DNA of 64,000 nt from Tricharina praecox (lineage: Eukaryota): the NCBI RefSeq assembly GCF_024521635.1, contig NW_026250404.1, forward strand, positions 496,001-560,000. The letters run 5' to 3'. Position 1 is the stretch's first letter; each line of letters begins with the position of its first letter. Shown piece by piece: positions 13,070 to 24,725 of the stretch. Below the pieces are notes generated by a model. That model was not told the DNA's origin, searched no databases, and saw only the letters and a list, made by a program, of their open reading frames with translations. A program made the position numbers and the translations under genes.

Positions 13070-16000
13070 AACGTTTCTGTAGTCACTTGCGCTTCCCCCT
13101 GTCCCTCCGCCTGTTGGCTAACTACGAACGAACCCAGGGCACACGGGAAAGAAAAAAGAGAAAGCGGTTAAGCTAACCACCGCCTGCGTCTTGCGTCCTG
13201 ACACCCTGCTCTGCTCTTCTCTGCTCTATTCTACTTGGAGTAGAATAAGTACTCTGGAGTACTTGCCTTCCTTGTCTTGCCTTACCAGTCAACAGCCCTC
13301 ATCCACCCCCCTTCCCCCGATGCCTGTTGTTGCTCTATGCCACCATTACCAACTACCACCACCACTATCTACCAACCACCACCGCCTCCGCATCGATATC
13401 CTCCATCATCACCACCTACTCCGCTTCCTCCGGAGAGCTTCCGGACTGACTCTTTGCTTCCCTCCTCCTCCTCATTCTCCACAGAGCTGCCGGACTGACT
13501 CTTTGCTTCTCTCCCAGATTTCAGCTAGAGCACCGGCCTCCTGGTCTGCTGACCCCGTCGGAACACCGCTGGCATTGGCAATGAAGATATATGCCAAATC
13601 ACTTATGTACCTACGTATCATACATACGTAGAGTACGTGCGTTGAGAGAGCCATGTACGGCATGTAGGCGCAGGGTCATTGCCTACGCTACCTTTCGGCC
13701 TAGCCTATCTGCGTGTCCGTCGAGGCTACTGCAGAGTCACGTCGAGAGGAAGTCAAAGTTGAGCCGTGGCCCGTGGTGGCCATGCCATGGCTCTACTAAA
13801 CAGAGACGGCGGCGGCAACAATAACTACATGGAATATGTACACTACGATAATCATAACAACACCGCCACCGCCACTACCACTACCACCACCACGGGGAGT
13901 ATCATGGAATCGAGACCGTGTGCTCCGAAAAAGGGTAGAGAATAACAGCTCGGGCTTTCGGGCACGATGCACAGGGAAAGAACTCCAGTTGTGATCATGT
14001 CAACGGAACCGATCGTTGTCATCACCTACATACACCGCTGAGCTTTTCCAAGCGCGGATGAGCAGAAAGAAGCTCGATCGAGAAAGAAAAGAAGAAAAAA
14101 TCCCCCATCATCGATACCATCATGGTTCCATGGTCAAAGCCTTGCAACTGATGCGGATAGACACATTCATGCCTCCGCGGCATCGCACGTCCACGTACGG
14201 TACATACTTCCACCGCATAGCCGCCGGATGATGATGCCAAACATCGTTCGTCCCCTGGCCCGGTAGGACGAGAAGCGGTCCAGAAGGCAAGATACATACG
14301 TGGGCTCATATGTAGCACTCAACCGCAAACCATAACCTGTTTACCTTCCGTCTCGGATGCAGGACAATATGGACCCAAGGTGCCCATGGTACCGGTATGT
14401 ACTCGTGTGGATTCGCACGGAGACGAAAAACCGAACATACATCCACACTGAAATCTTTCCAACCATGAAACGGCACCATTCCACTGCACATCCACACCGA
14501 AACATCCCCAACCATGAATCCACTATTCGATCACACCTACTCCACATCCACACGCACGCACGTAATGTTTCCGCTATGGGTATGTTCCAGAGTGCTGCAT
14601 GCTGCTGCTGCTTCTGATGCCTGCAGCCTGCGGCGATCAAGTGGCTATCGGCTTCGTCGTCGAATTGTCGGTCGACGAACCGGCCGCACGGAAAAACAAA
14701 TCTGCATACGTGGGTACTATATGTCGCCTAGAGTACATACCGACATATTGTTTCCTACCGGGTACGTGCCTACCTGTGGACCAAGAACAATATATACCCA
14801 AGTGCGCACTTTACTTGTGTACCAAGAACAACCATATATACCGGTATATGTGCGCACTTACCGAATTTGAGGCCGAGTTTCTGGACACCCGGAAAGTTTG
14901 GAATGCTTGGTGACTTTGGTTTCGGATAGACCTGCTCCCTGGACGCTTGGCCAGGCACCTCAAGCCTCTCCCTCCCCCCGCCATGCCTCCGTTCCGAGGA
15001 CTACCTGCGGTACTAGTATAGTCGACTCTAGAGTCGAGGATCGCTCCGCTGCTGTCGACCAACCCTAACCGCAATCTACACGTCGTGTGCTTCTCCACGG
15101 CGCCCCCCCTCCCCATCAATCTACTAACCAGTACATGGTTGCTCTCGCCAACTACCAGGGACCTTGGTACACATGAGCTCATTTTTCGTGCGCTTTTATG
15201 TACGTACGGTTTCAGCCGGCCGTGCTGTCGTTCTTAACCTATTCCTACCTACCGCATCTCGGTAACAATTCCGGTACTGCAGCCAACGAGGGAGGATACC
15301 TGCCTACCTACCATCGGAACGAACAAACGGAGGGCGGTGAATTCGAATGGGCTCCATCATGGTGGGATTTTTCCATTCGTTCAGCTAGCTACAGCTGAGT
15401 TGACCAGTTGCGGCGGTGACAATGGTGGTGGTGGTGGTGGTGGTGGTGGTGGTGGGTGGTGGTGGTGTGGATCTGCCGAGGGATCTTTCTCTCTCAAGCT
15501 GGGTATGAGGTATGTATGCATATAGGCATGTTGGATTCCCGGAAGAGAGCTTTCCATCACTGGCAATTATTGGCAGATGCTGCCGGCGGCCCTGCAACCG
15601 CCGCTTCTCCCGGAGATCTAGATCACGGCCAGCAAACAGCATGGCGTTGTCTACGCAATCCGCCGACCGAAGTATGATTAGAGTATCGGCTCAAAGCAGG
15701 ATTGCTTATCAAATTCAGCCTCACCTTCCCCCCCAGCCCACACAATCCCAACGCCATGGTTTAGCGGTCCAGGAAGATCTGTGACCTCGGTTGTTTTGCG
15801 CTTATCTGGCTTGGCCACGGTTCACAACACTAGGCAGCAAACCCCCCATCCTCCCCCTCCTCCACGAGCAAAGACTTTCTGCAGCGCTGCAAAGCTGTTT
15901 TTTTTCTTCGGAGGAAGAAGGTAGACAGACATACAGACAGACATACAGACGGACATACATGCGAGTCGGATTTCCCGCTGTTGCTGCTGCTACTGCTGCG

Positions 16001-17566
16001 AAAGTGAGGAGTGATGGGCCAGCTTGGTGGATCCGATGGCCGATGATGATGGCCCGTGGCCCGTGGCCCATCGCGGTCCAGGCGTGAAAAATCGAGAGAT
16101 GGCCCCCACCGCGTGGGTTGTGATAAACTTTATGTCCAGAAAATGCTGCGCCGCAATGAGACAGATATGTATGACTGACGTGAAACCCCCCCCCACATAC
16201 ACACACACACACTCACCGGAGACGATCCTGCTTCTGTTAATGTTACTACATACCATCGCCGCCCCCCGTCTTTCTCCCCGTGCGGAATCACATTTCCGCA
16301 TCGTCATATATCAGTTGAGAACATAGGTAATTATTCACGAGTCCAGTCCTCGCTCGTCACCATTCTAATCTCCACCTGGCTCTTGAGGCTTTTGGGGGGC
16401 CCCACATATGCTAAACCCATGGCTCCGGGTGATCCCCAGCACCAACTACTATCGCGTCCTCTCCGTGCGGGGATCGATCGTTCGTTGGTGCGGGCGGGCG
16501 TTGACATACCGCTGGTACTCTATCGCCGCCTTTTTCCCAAACATGTGCACATTTCCGGGCCGGACTTCTGTCTGTCAGTCAGTCAGTCTGTCTGGTGGGT
16601 GTGGGCAGTGCATGTCTCGGACTGACGAATCAAGCCTTTTCGCATGTCTCAGATCCACCAATCCACCAATGCGGAAGTCGGCGTTGCCGTGCTCCGGCCT
16701 CCAGCCTCCGGCCTCCGGTCTGCGGCCTGTGGGCAAACGGAATTAACTATTAGTCGGGCTCAGCTCAGTTCAGCTCTGAACTGGTGGGACTGGCAGGACT
16801 GTCACCTGCGATTACGGAATGCGTTCTGTGGATACCTGGATACCTTATATTATGGTACGCCATGGAGAGTGGTTACTCGCATAAGATGCTGACTCCGACT
16901 CTTATTGCGAGAGAGTGCTGTACGGTGCTCTACGTTACGTGTGGAGTGGGGTGGGGTGGGTGAGGGAGTAACTTCGAGTTGGTACGTAGTGGGGGAGGGA
17001 CTGGGGACTGGGCAGTGGGGACTGCGGACCATGCATCGGGAGAGGGCGTGCATACCTGGTAGGTAAATAAGGTGCATGCACATGTCGGACCGCATCATAC
17101 CGCCGCGTTCGCTGCGTTCGCTGTGGGTGGATAAGTAGATGAGTGGGTGAGTAGAGTGGGGTGACTGTCAAGCTCAACTCAGTTCAGCACAAGTGATGCG
17201 TGCCGTCTGCGACTTTCAGTCCCTGTGCGTGCGTGCGTGCGGCAGCCCTTCGGGCTGCCCATTTGTTTCTGGAAAGGGCTGGAAATTCCGCAGACTACTC
17301 TACCGGTACATGCCTGATAGGTGTCCCAGGACACACCCTGCGATTCGAACCTTGTCTGCGCATCGGCGTCTGTGCGAGCTGTGCGAGCTTGGCCGCTTTG
17401 GTCAGCCGCGCTGCACTGCACTCTGCCAAGCGCCAGTTAGGAACGGTCCACGACGTCTATGCACGCCGTGCTACCACCTCTATGCACGCCGTACTACCAC
17501 CTCCACCTCTACCACTTCCACCACCACCACTACCTTCTTCTCCTCCTCCTCCTCCTCCACCCACCT

Positions 17567-17637
17567 CTTCCACAACCACCACTTCCACAACCACCACTTC
17601 CACAACCACCACTTCCACAACCACCACTTCCACAACC
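17567..17637 (+). repeat. 15-bp tandem repeat (CTTCCACAACCACCA), ~4.7 copies, within a CCA/CCT-rich tract
   Basis: Directly visible. It gives the HNHHF/PPLPQ repeats in spurious ORFs. Confidence 0.85.
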
Positions 17638-20600
17638 CACTCAACCTACACCTCCACCTCCACCAAAACCACAACCAACATATTCATAATCACATTCATG
17701 TGGATGCGGCCTAAAATGTTTCATTGGTGCCCTAGTAAACGTGCAGTTCCGCACACCCACCCAGTGCCCACCCAGTGCACCCACCCATCCAATGCCCATC
17801 TGCCCGCCCGCTTCCCTCCAATAACCATGTCCATGTCGATGTCCATGTCGAAGTGGGTGTGGTGGGCAGGGTGGACCAATCATCCCGATGGCTAGCAATC
17901 AAGGCAAGGCAAGCAAAGCAAGCCATCGCCGGCCGGCGCACACCTCCAACCTCCCCCCCATCCCCTCCTCTAGCTGCGGCCTGCGGGTAGTGTGTGTTCC
18001 CTTCCCCGGTCCTTGGGTCCGTGTTTATCTAGGTGTGACCACCATTCATACACCCACTCATATAACACACACACCACACACACGCCAAAGGAAAGGAAAG
18101 GAAAGGAAAGGAGCGGTTCCGGAACGGTCGTCTGTTGCCTCATACGCGTTCACCCACACATATATACACACACACTTCTGCAGAACTGTGATGGAGTTCA
18201 GTACATGGTTGGCCCCCACGGCTGAGTTGCGGTACGGAAGCTCACGATATTATACTGTCAGACCTCCCGGAGGAGGATGAGGGGCAGGTACTTCGGGCTC
18301 GGTCCTGGTATACAACATTTTCGCTGCTGGCTCATGGGGAGCTCGCGGGGAGCTCGTGGGGACGGTGCTAATATATCCCCTTGTGGCGTTCTCAGAGCCA
18401 CTCCGCTTTTCACTCCTCTAGCGGTACTCTACATAGCAGTCCGGAAAACGGAGAATGGGAATAATTGGTGGTGGTAATGGTGGTGGTGGTGGTGGGGGGG
18501 GGGAGGGAGGGAGTGGGAGATCGGCGTTTGGTGGCCCAGCCGGCCGATCAGGGCTTTGCTGCTGCTGGAAGTATCTGTCTGTCTGCAGCGGTTGGTTGAG
18601 CGAGCGAGCAAGCTCGAACGCATCCCACCTACCACGCAATGTGCATCCTCGGACTGGGCCGTTTCTGACCCCGTCCGCCGAAGAAACCAATGAAGCGAGG
18701 AACCCTCGGAGGGGCACTTGCACGGTTGCATGGTTATAAGCCAATGGACTGGTTGTTACGTTGCTCTGCAGATGCGTTAACTACCTATGACGCTGACTTT
18801 TCGCACTCGAGTACACCTACGCTGCTCTGCTCTGCTCCTCTGCTCTGCTCCTCTGCTCTATGTATTGTACGTACAAGCTCCGATAGGTCTTTACACCCGG
18901 TAGAGTCGAAAGGGATACCCTCCCTCTTCCACTCTCTGTCTCCTTCCCCACTCCGGGAGGATGACGCACTTGAGAGAAGATGTATGTAGGCAAAAAGGAG
19001 CTCTCTGGTTCTGGTTCTGGTTCAGTAGTTCTTGAAGCCTCGCATCCAGCTACCTCCCAAGTGGGCGATGTGTGCATAGCGCTCGATCCCTCGGTGCCCA
19101 AGCATAGGTAGAGTACCTACACTCGTCGTACCCACCCCCTCCGACTAGCTCTCCCTCTCCCTCTCCCTCTCTCTTTCTCTCTCGCTGGTCTGGAGCGGAC
19201 ATGGAATTTTGCTTGCTTGCTTGCTTGCCTCCGTCCGGCCATCAAGTTTGGGGGGTGCCAACCGAGCCGGCCGCAGCCAATGCAGCCCAGTCCGATCCAG
19301 CCCAGCCCAGTCCAGCGCCAGCAGGCGACGTCGTCTGCCGACAAACGAGTGCGCTACCATGCTTCCTCGCCCTCGCGATCTGGGAGGCGCCGGCAGGGAA
19401 GCCAGGATCGATGCCCTGTGCTGTGCTGTGCTTTGGAATATTTTTGTCTTTCTTTCTTTGCTTTTGCTTCGCGCTTCGCTTGGAAGCTGGCTGGGCGGAA
19501 AAGCTCCTTCAGGAGTGCTATGTATGCAGAAAGCTTAGCCCTGCTCTCTCTCAACGATGATCACAGATCATCACAGATCATCACAGATCATCATATACCG
19601 GATAGGGAAGCGAGAACAACGATCGCCAGGGCGGTCTGGTCTGTTGCCAGATATGATACATAGCTCCCGTCGTCTCTCTTTTTTCCTTTAGAACCGCACA
19701 ACCCCGACTTCGCTATGTACGTACTGTCGCTACTGGTTGGCTGCTGTGTAGATTAGCTACGGTAGAGTACTTCCGAATACATACTTACAAAATCGATAGC
19801 TACCTGGTGCGTGGCCCCGGCCGGCCACGCAGATGGAATTCGCATGACGTTGGATCTGAGGCGTCTCAATGGCGAATCTTCGTCTCTTCGCCGTTCGGCT
19901 GACATCGTCCACAGTCAACTGCATGCGGCTACGTAGTCAGCGTAGGTAGTAAGCGGATAAACAAATATCCATCCTCCATCCCATCGCCTACTTAACTATT
20001 ATTAATCCGCCCCTCCCCCCCAGGCACATCCCGCGTTCTCCCCGGATCTGAGCTGCTGCTGCGAACGGGACCAGCGAACCTGCGAGATCATCCACCGTGC
20101 GCGCGGCGTGCAGTAGAGCAGATATGTATGAGGTACGTAAGCCGGTGGCGAGTGATATACCGTGCGCAGCCCGCTGCGACACGTGGCCAATACATAGAGT
20201 ACCGAGCGACGCCGCACCTGCTGGCTGGCTGACCGACCGACCGACCGGAGGAGCGACGCCGCACCTGCATCTGCACTTTTATCCGCCGCCGCCCCCAAGA
20301 CACTCCGAATATCTATGCAGTGGTCGCTGTATGATATGTATGATGTCTATCTGATATCTGGACAGGTGGATGCCCCCCTTCCTTCGGCAGGGGCTGCACG
20401 CAGTCATGGTATGGCGTGTGGGGTCCGCTACTTGCTGCTGCTATGTACTGCTGGTGCTGCAGTTGAGCGGTTCGGAGATGTTGGAGATACTACACAAAAT
20501 ACCAGGTAGGTAGGCAGGTAGCTAGGAGAATAGTATTGCCGTTTCGTTCGTTCGTTCACCCTACTCTACCGGTACTCTACCGGTACTCTACCGGGCCGGG

Positions 20601-20883
20601 ATGGGATCGGGGTTTTACGGGGTTTTACGGGACAGTGGGCACCGAGCATGACAGCTTTACCGGTACCTGGGTATATATGGTGGAAAGAAAAGAACCTGCT
20701 CGAACGGTGAAGGATTACCTACTTCCTAACCAACCCAAGGAGAAGAAGAAGAAGAAGAAGACGATACCCATACCTATCGTACTCCCGAAAGAAAAGAAAT
20801 CAAGTGAAAGAAACCCGCTCTATGCCCATCCCCCCATTGCCTCCCCTCCCCTCCCTCCCTCCCTCCCCGCCCCCTTCCCCCCG

Positions 20884-21228
20884 CTAAGAAGACCCCTTCT
20901 TCCTCCCCCTCAACCTCTCAAAAATCGCATCCTTCCCACGGTCTGCCCAGCCGCGATAGTCGCGCTTCACCTCGCCATCGGCCAGCCGTCGCTTCTCGGA
21001 GTCGTCCGTGCTCGGCCGCGTGTCCGCCGGTGTTATCTCATCGAGGAAGAGGGGGTTAACCTAGTCATCTTCATTAGCTACAAGAAGAAGAAGGGGGAAA
21101 GGGGGAGGGGGAGGTACGCTGGAATTGTATCTGTGGTGCCCGTGGCCGCCGTGCTGGTACTGCTGCTGCTGGCTGTGGGGCTGGTACTGCTGCTGCGTAT
21201 CCGTCGAGAGCGCGTGGATTTCTGACAT
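20884..21228 (-). CDS. Small two-exon hypothetical protein (95 aa) not present in the ORF track
   Basis: Exon 21228-21118, intron 21117-21061 (GTACCT...GCTAAT...CTAG), exon 21060-20884. The start context is aaacaATG, with TATATAA at 21334-21340. Protein: MSEIHALSTDTQQQYQPHSQQQQYQHGGHGHHRYNSS|VNPLFLDEITPADTRPSTDDSEKRRLADGEVKRDYRGWADRGKDAIFERLRGRKKGSS*. Confidence 0.65.
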
Positions 21229-21875
21229 TGTTTTTCTGTCGAGAAGCGATGGGCGATGGGTGTTTTGATGATCGTTACGGAAGAGGGACGACGGGGGACG
21301 GGCGGGAGGGGAGCCTGGGGATGGGCACGGGGGTTATATACAGGTATATATAGCGAGGTACCCACCTACTTCTTATTTGCTTCTTACTTACGTCGGGATT
21401 GGTGATTCGAATTGCGGATTCGAATTGGGGGGGTGCTATACATGACGCCGGACGGGCCCGCAGTTACTCTACATGCTATATGAGTTATTGGCCCTGTTGG
21501 AGCCTGGGTATCTTGGACGGCGACTCGAGAAGTTGCAACTTGCCGGATGGGGGACAGGGGGTTGCTTTTTTGCTTTACTTTGGAACCTTCCTGCAGCTGA
21601 CGGCCTGACAGCCTGGCAGGGTGTTCGGCGCTTAACGCGTGTAGGGTCGGCGAAACTCTATTGGATCTGAAGTAGAGTATCGAGACGCCACTCGTATGGT
21701 ACGGAGGCCGGTTTGTAGATCCCGTTGACGAGGGCTCCCAGTAAACGGATTCCAATATAAGTATCCATCGGAAATCGTGCAAACCGTCAGCCTTCCCTAC
21801 GCCTTAAGCCTCAAATCCGTCGAAGCGGGCGATATTACCTACATCGCCGGCCATCTCCAGGTAGATGAGGTCGAA

Positions 21876-21902
21876 GGGGGGGGGGGGGGGGGGGGGGGGG
21901 GG
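21876..21902 (+). repeat. Poly-G tract (27 nt)
   Basis: Directly visible. Confidence 0.9.
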
Positions 21903-23138
21903 CAGATGGCTTAGCTTGACTTGCTCACTCGAAGCTGGCAGCTGGCTACCTCATACTCTACCTACCTCCGTGTTAGTTATGAACCACTCAATCGTGCGAG
22001 AAGCGAGTGTGTTTGCGTTGCCCATTCTCCTCCCCCCGACAGAGCCAAGTGTCGGTGAGCGTGAATCGACCCTACCACCCTACCACCACCACCACCACCA
22101 CCACCACCACCAATCAGCCGCACTTGTGAATTAAACAAAGGGCCTTGGGAGTTGGGAGAAATGCCTCACCTACCTAGGGCTGAGGTGGTGAGGTAGTGAG
22201 GTTCCCCCTCTAGTGGACATCTTCAGACTTCAGCTCGCACCGACTGTGTGCGTCTACCATAGCGTAGAGTATGCACATGCTCCGAAGGCATTCCGATTCC
22301 GAAGGGCTGGAAAAAGCGGTGCCGGGGAACAACTCGTGTCGGAGAGGCGTGTAATCCACTCCACTCCACCTCACTCCCACTCCATATATGTATACTGCCA
22401 TAGCACTCTAAATAGACTCGCGAGGGGAATGCGGAGTTTAAAGCATCAAGTGCAAAGCAAAAAGTAAAGCCTACTTGGTACTCGAAAGAGAGAAGGTTTC
22501 GCACTGTCTTTTGATTTCGCCTTTTGCTTCTTTTGCTTCTTTTGCTGCCCCCCCCGGAAGCACCGAGACCCAATCGAGCTCAGCTCATCTCAGCTCCGCT
22601 CAGCCCAGCCCGTAGTCGGCGACTACGGAAACGTCAGAGCGCTCTGGAAAGGTAAAATGGGTAATTCTGGGCAGCGAATGGCTCGGGAATTGCCGCGAAC
22701 AAGCAGGCAGGCAGATATTCCCGTTCAGCACCAAGCTTGAACAGAACGGGACGGGAACGGGGTGGACTGTGGACTGTGATGGACTGTGGTAGTGTGGATG
22801 TGCCGACTGTGGCTGGAACAGAACAGATGCACGCCAAACAAACTTCCACGATCGTCCCTGCAAATCGAGTGGTACGGTCCAGCGGGCATCTTTGGTCCCC
22901 CGAATCCTTGGCCGGGTCGCCAGATGAGTTCCCGCACTGGAAGAGACCGTATGTAGGAGCCCCGAGCTCATGTGTGACTTGCGACTTACATGAGATGTCA
23001 CTCGTACCGTACAATGAATGCCAACTCCATCTCACTCCTTTGCTCTCGTGACGAGAGCTGCTTTTACAAAAAAGATATCCCAAACCTCTATGGTATATAG
23101 CCACCTAGAAACTCCACACACCTGCCGGACGACCCCAT

Positions 23139-24725
23139 CTAATTATCCATCTTCAACTTTTTCACATCCCTTGGCGTCTCCAGCTCCGCAAATGCCGCCT
23201 CAGCCGGCAGCCTAAAGCTCGCACAGTACATCGACTTATTCGGTGCAACCCTGCGCACATCATGGAGCTCGAGGTCGTCACTCTTCACCCGGGAGCCGAG
23301 ATGCTCCGCAATGACCTGTAGTAGATCCTCGCGCGCAAACTCCGGCCCGCGCTCCTGAGTCTCGCGATGGAACGTGTGCACATGGATCATGGGCAGCTGT
23401 ACGCCGTCCTTCCCAAAGATGTGTTCCAGCCCGGCATACGCGCCTCTGAACGCATCCAGGAACTCGACCGCGTTCGCGGGCAGGTTCATGACGAAGTGGG
23501 CGAACGTCGGCGGCACGGCAATCTTGCGGTCTGCGGGCTTTGTCACCTGCGGGATTCCGGCGGCCGCTTTGCTGCGGCTGTATTTCACCGGGTGGGCGGG
23601 GACGGAGACAGGGTTCGCTTCGGGGTTGCAGTGCACGGCGTACAGCTCTTGGATCGCTGCGCGGATGAACTCGCGGCCGTCGGTGTTGTGCGCGCGCACG
23701 AAGGCGCCGACTTTGTTGCGCTTGATGTTGGCTTCGAGCGCCTCGTGCGACGCCGGGTTCAGGTCGTTGGCCCACACAAAGACGTCTTTCTTCCCCGCGG
23801 GAACGGCGAAGGGGCCCACGCCGGCCATGACGTCGCACACCGCCTCGCCGGGCTGGAACTTGGCGACCACCCGCTCGTGTTCGTGCCCCAGCCGCGTGTT
23901 CCAGTACACCTTGGCGAAGTCGAAGACGAAGGTGCAAGCCGACTCCTTGACCTCGACTGTCGTGTCGGCGGGCCCCGCCAGGATCTCCATGGGAAAGGTG
24001 CGGAAGACCGAGTGTGCGCCGACGTCTTCGAGCTTGTTGACGACCGTGCGGATCTGCGTGTTCTTGTCGAGGATTACTTGCGCGATCAGCGACTTGTAGG
24101 GGAGGTAGGCGGGGCGGAGGTTCAGGTGCGCCAGGTGGCCCGCTTGTGAGAACGAGCCGGGTGCGTCGTCGACTATGTCGTCTGGCAGCACCGCAGAGAT
24201 GATTTCCTCATAGTTCCAGTGCGTGTAGTCCATGTGCAGTGTGAACGGCACGAGCTCCATGACATTACTGCTTACGAGTCTACGCAGGGCTTCACTTCCA
24301 GTCGAAGGGTCTACCGCATACCGCTCCCCACCATTAGTCCCTCCTTTAAAACCCTCGCCCGTCTTCCCAAGATCATACCATCACACCGCACCTCAGGCCA
24401 CAGCAGAATCAACTTCCTTCCCTTGACCTCTGGATCCTCCTGGACGGGCGGGACTCTTTTCAGACGCAGCAGGTCGGAAGCGCACTCCTTCTGCACGCGC
24501 GAGATATCGCGCGGATTGTGCACGTGCGCGGCCGCCATCGGGATCGTCTTGCGGAAGAACGAGCGGTCGAGGACGCGCATCGCGCGGTTTACCGGAGGAA
24601 GGAAGCGGGACATGTCGACGACGTAGGGCGGGGCTGCGGGTGTCGCCTAGAGGTAAGGACATGGCTAATGTCAGGTGGGATTTTGGGGGAAGAGGGGACG
24701 GATGGAGGGTGGGACCGACAGGCAT
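23139..24725 (-). CDS. TRM5: tRNA (guanine-37-N1)-methyltransferase Trm5
   Basis: Motifs [39 protein letters not shown] and HFVMNLP. Intron 24311-24378 joins [10 protein letters not shown]... in frame. The start is either ATG 24613 or a 6-nt exon 24720-24725 via putative intron 24647-24719. Confidence 0.93.

Noticed and set aside
22610..22628. Hairpin CCGTAGTC-GGC-GACTACGG as a Helitron 3' end
   Set aside because: No CTRR terminus at the expected distance and no other Helitron features.
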